Of a DNA stretch of 64,000 nucleotides, positions 63,482 to 64,000 are shown piece after piece. The notes under the pieces were generated by a model. It made no database searches. It saw only the letters and a program-made list of their open reading frames with translations, and was not told where the DNA came from. Location: the NCBI GenBank assembly GCA_963555825.3, contig CAUVXB020000002.1, positions 1,248,001 to 1,312,000 of the forward strand, given 5' to 3'. The position numbers were made by a program, and so were the translations under genes. The stretch's first letter is position 1. Each line of letters opens with the position of its first letter. This DNA is from Alphaproteobacteria bacterium. Its GTDB lineage: Bacteria; Pseudomonadota; Alphaproteobacteria; JAAXGF01.

Positions 63482-64000
63482 ATGGCAGTGCAGGCATGGC
63501 TGAAGAGGGCGCTCGTCTACGCCGGCGAGTGGCTCGACTACCGAATGCGGCAAATCGAGCAGCCGGGCTGCGTCGTCGCGGTCGCCCACAAGGGCCGTGT
63601 CGTGTTCGAGCGGGCGTATGGCCACGCCGATCTGATCACCGGCGAGAGGTTGACGCCGCGCCACCGGTTTCGCGTCGCGTCGCATTCCAAGAGCTTCACG
63701 GCGGCCGGCATCCTCAAGCTGCGCGAGGCGGGCAAACTGCGGCTCGACGATCCGGTCGGCCAGCATGTCGACGGCCTGCACCCGGCCGTCGCCGAGACGA
63801 CGCTCAATCAGCTCCTGTCACACAGCGCCGGACTGGTGCGCGACGGTGCCGATGCCGGGCAGTGGCAGGACCGGCGCCCGTTCCTGGACGAGAAAGAGCT
63901 GCGCGCAGCGCTCGCCGAGCCGCCGGTGATCGAGGCGAGCTTACGATTCAAGTATTCCAATCACGGATTCGGCCTCTTGGGACTGGTCATCGAGGCCGTC
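63482..64000 (+). CDS. Serine hydrolase, class C beta-lactamase-like, 3'-truncated by the window edge
   Basis: GGAGG RBS; FRVASHSK (SxxK), LDDPV, LLSHSAGL, YSN. Confidence 0.88.
   Translation, partial: MAVQAWLKRALVYAGEWLDYRMRQIEQPGCVVAVAHKGRVVFERAYGHADLITGERLTPRHRFRVASHSKSFTAAGILKLREAGKLRLDDPVGQHVDGLHPAVAETTLNQLLSHSAGLVRDGADAGQWQDRRPFLDEKELRAALAEPPVIEASLRFKYSNHGFGLLGLVIEAV

Overview
High-GC alphaproteobacterial (Rhodospirillales-like) chromosomal segment, mostly conserved core genes: PBP1A; cobalamin genes (cobA, cobQ, cobC-like, BtuF-like, pduO); mmcB; a PHB cluster (phaB, phaA, phaC-like, phaR); ggt; macrodomain+NudF; gmd-fcl-gmhB-gmhA; metA; chorismate mutase-hisC-tyrC; B12-dependent nrdJ; plsC-ydcF-ftsX-ftsE; hpt; TIGR02302-lysA-lptM-argH/tlpA; hbd-etfA-etfB. 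Accessory material: a TPR-GT41 (SPINDLY-type) glycosyltransferase, two IS630-family elements, a SelA-like PLP enzyme bracketed by a 115-bp duplication of the 5' end of a small membrane-protein gene, and a BTAD-TPR regulator facing DUF1326 / imine-reductase-like / DUF2182 genes. Three small repeat families occur in intergenic DNA: a structured ~110-180 bp element whose end coincides with TAG stop codons, GGTGTCWGACACC hairpins between convergent genes, and a 269-bp palindromic MITE. I found no rRNA, tRNA, CRISPR array or prophage. I cannot point to one unambiguous new system. Best leads are the SPY-like enzyme with orphan GDP-sugar genes, a divergent SAM-II/V-like RNA before metA, the selA-like insertion, the stop-codon-associated repeat, and a 50-aa CxC-tailed ORF in the cob cluster. 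All calls come from reading motifs by eye; no database search was run.
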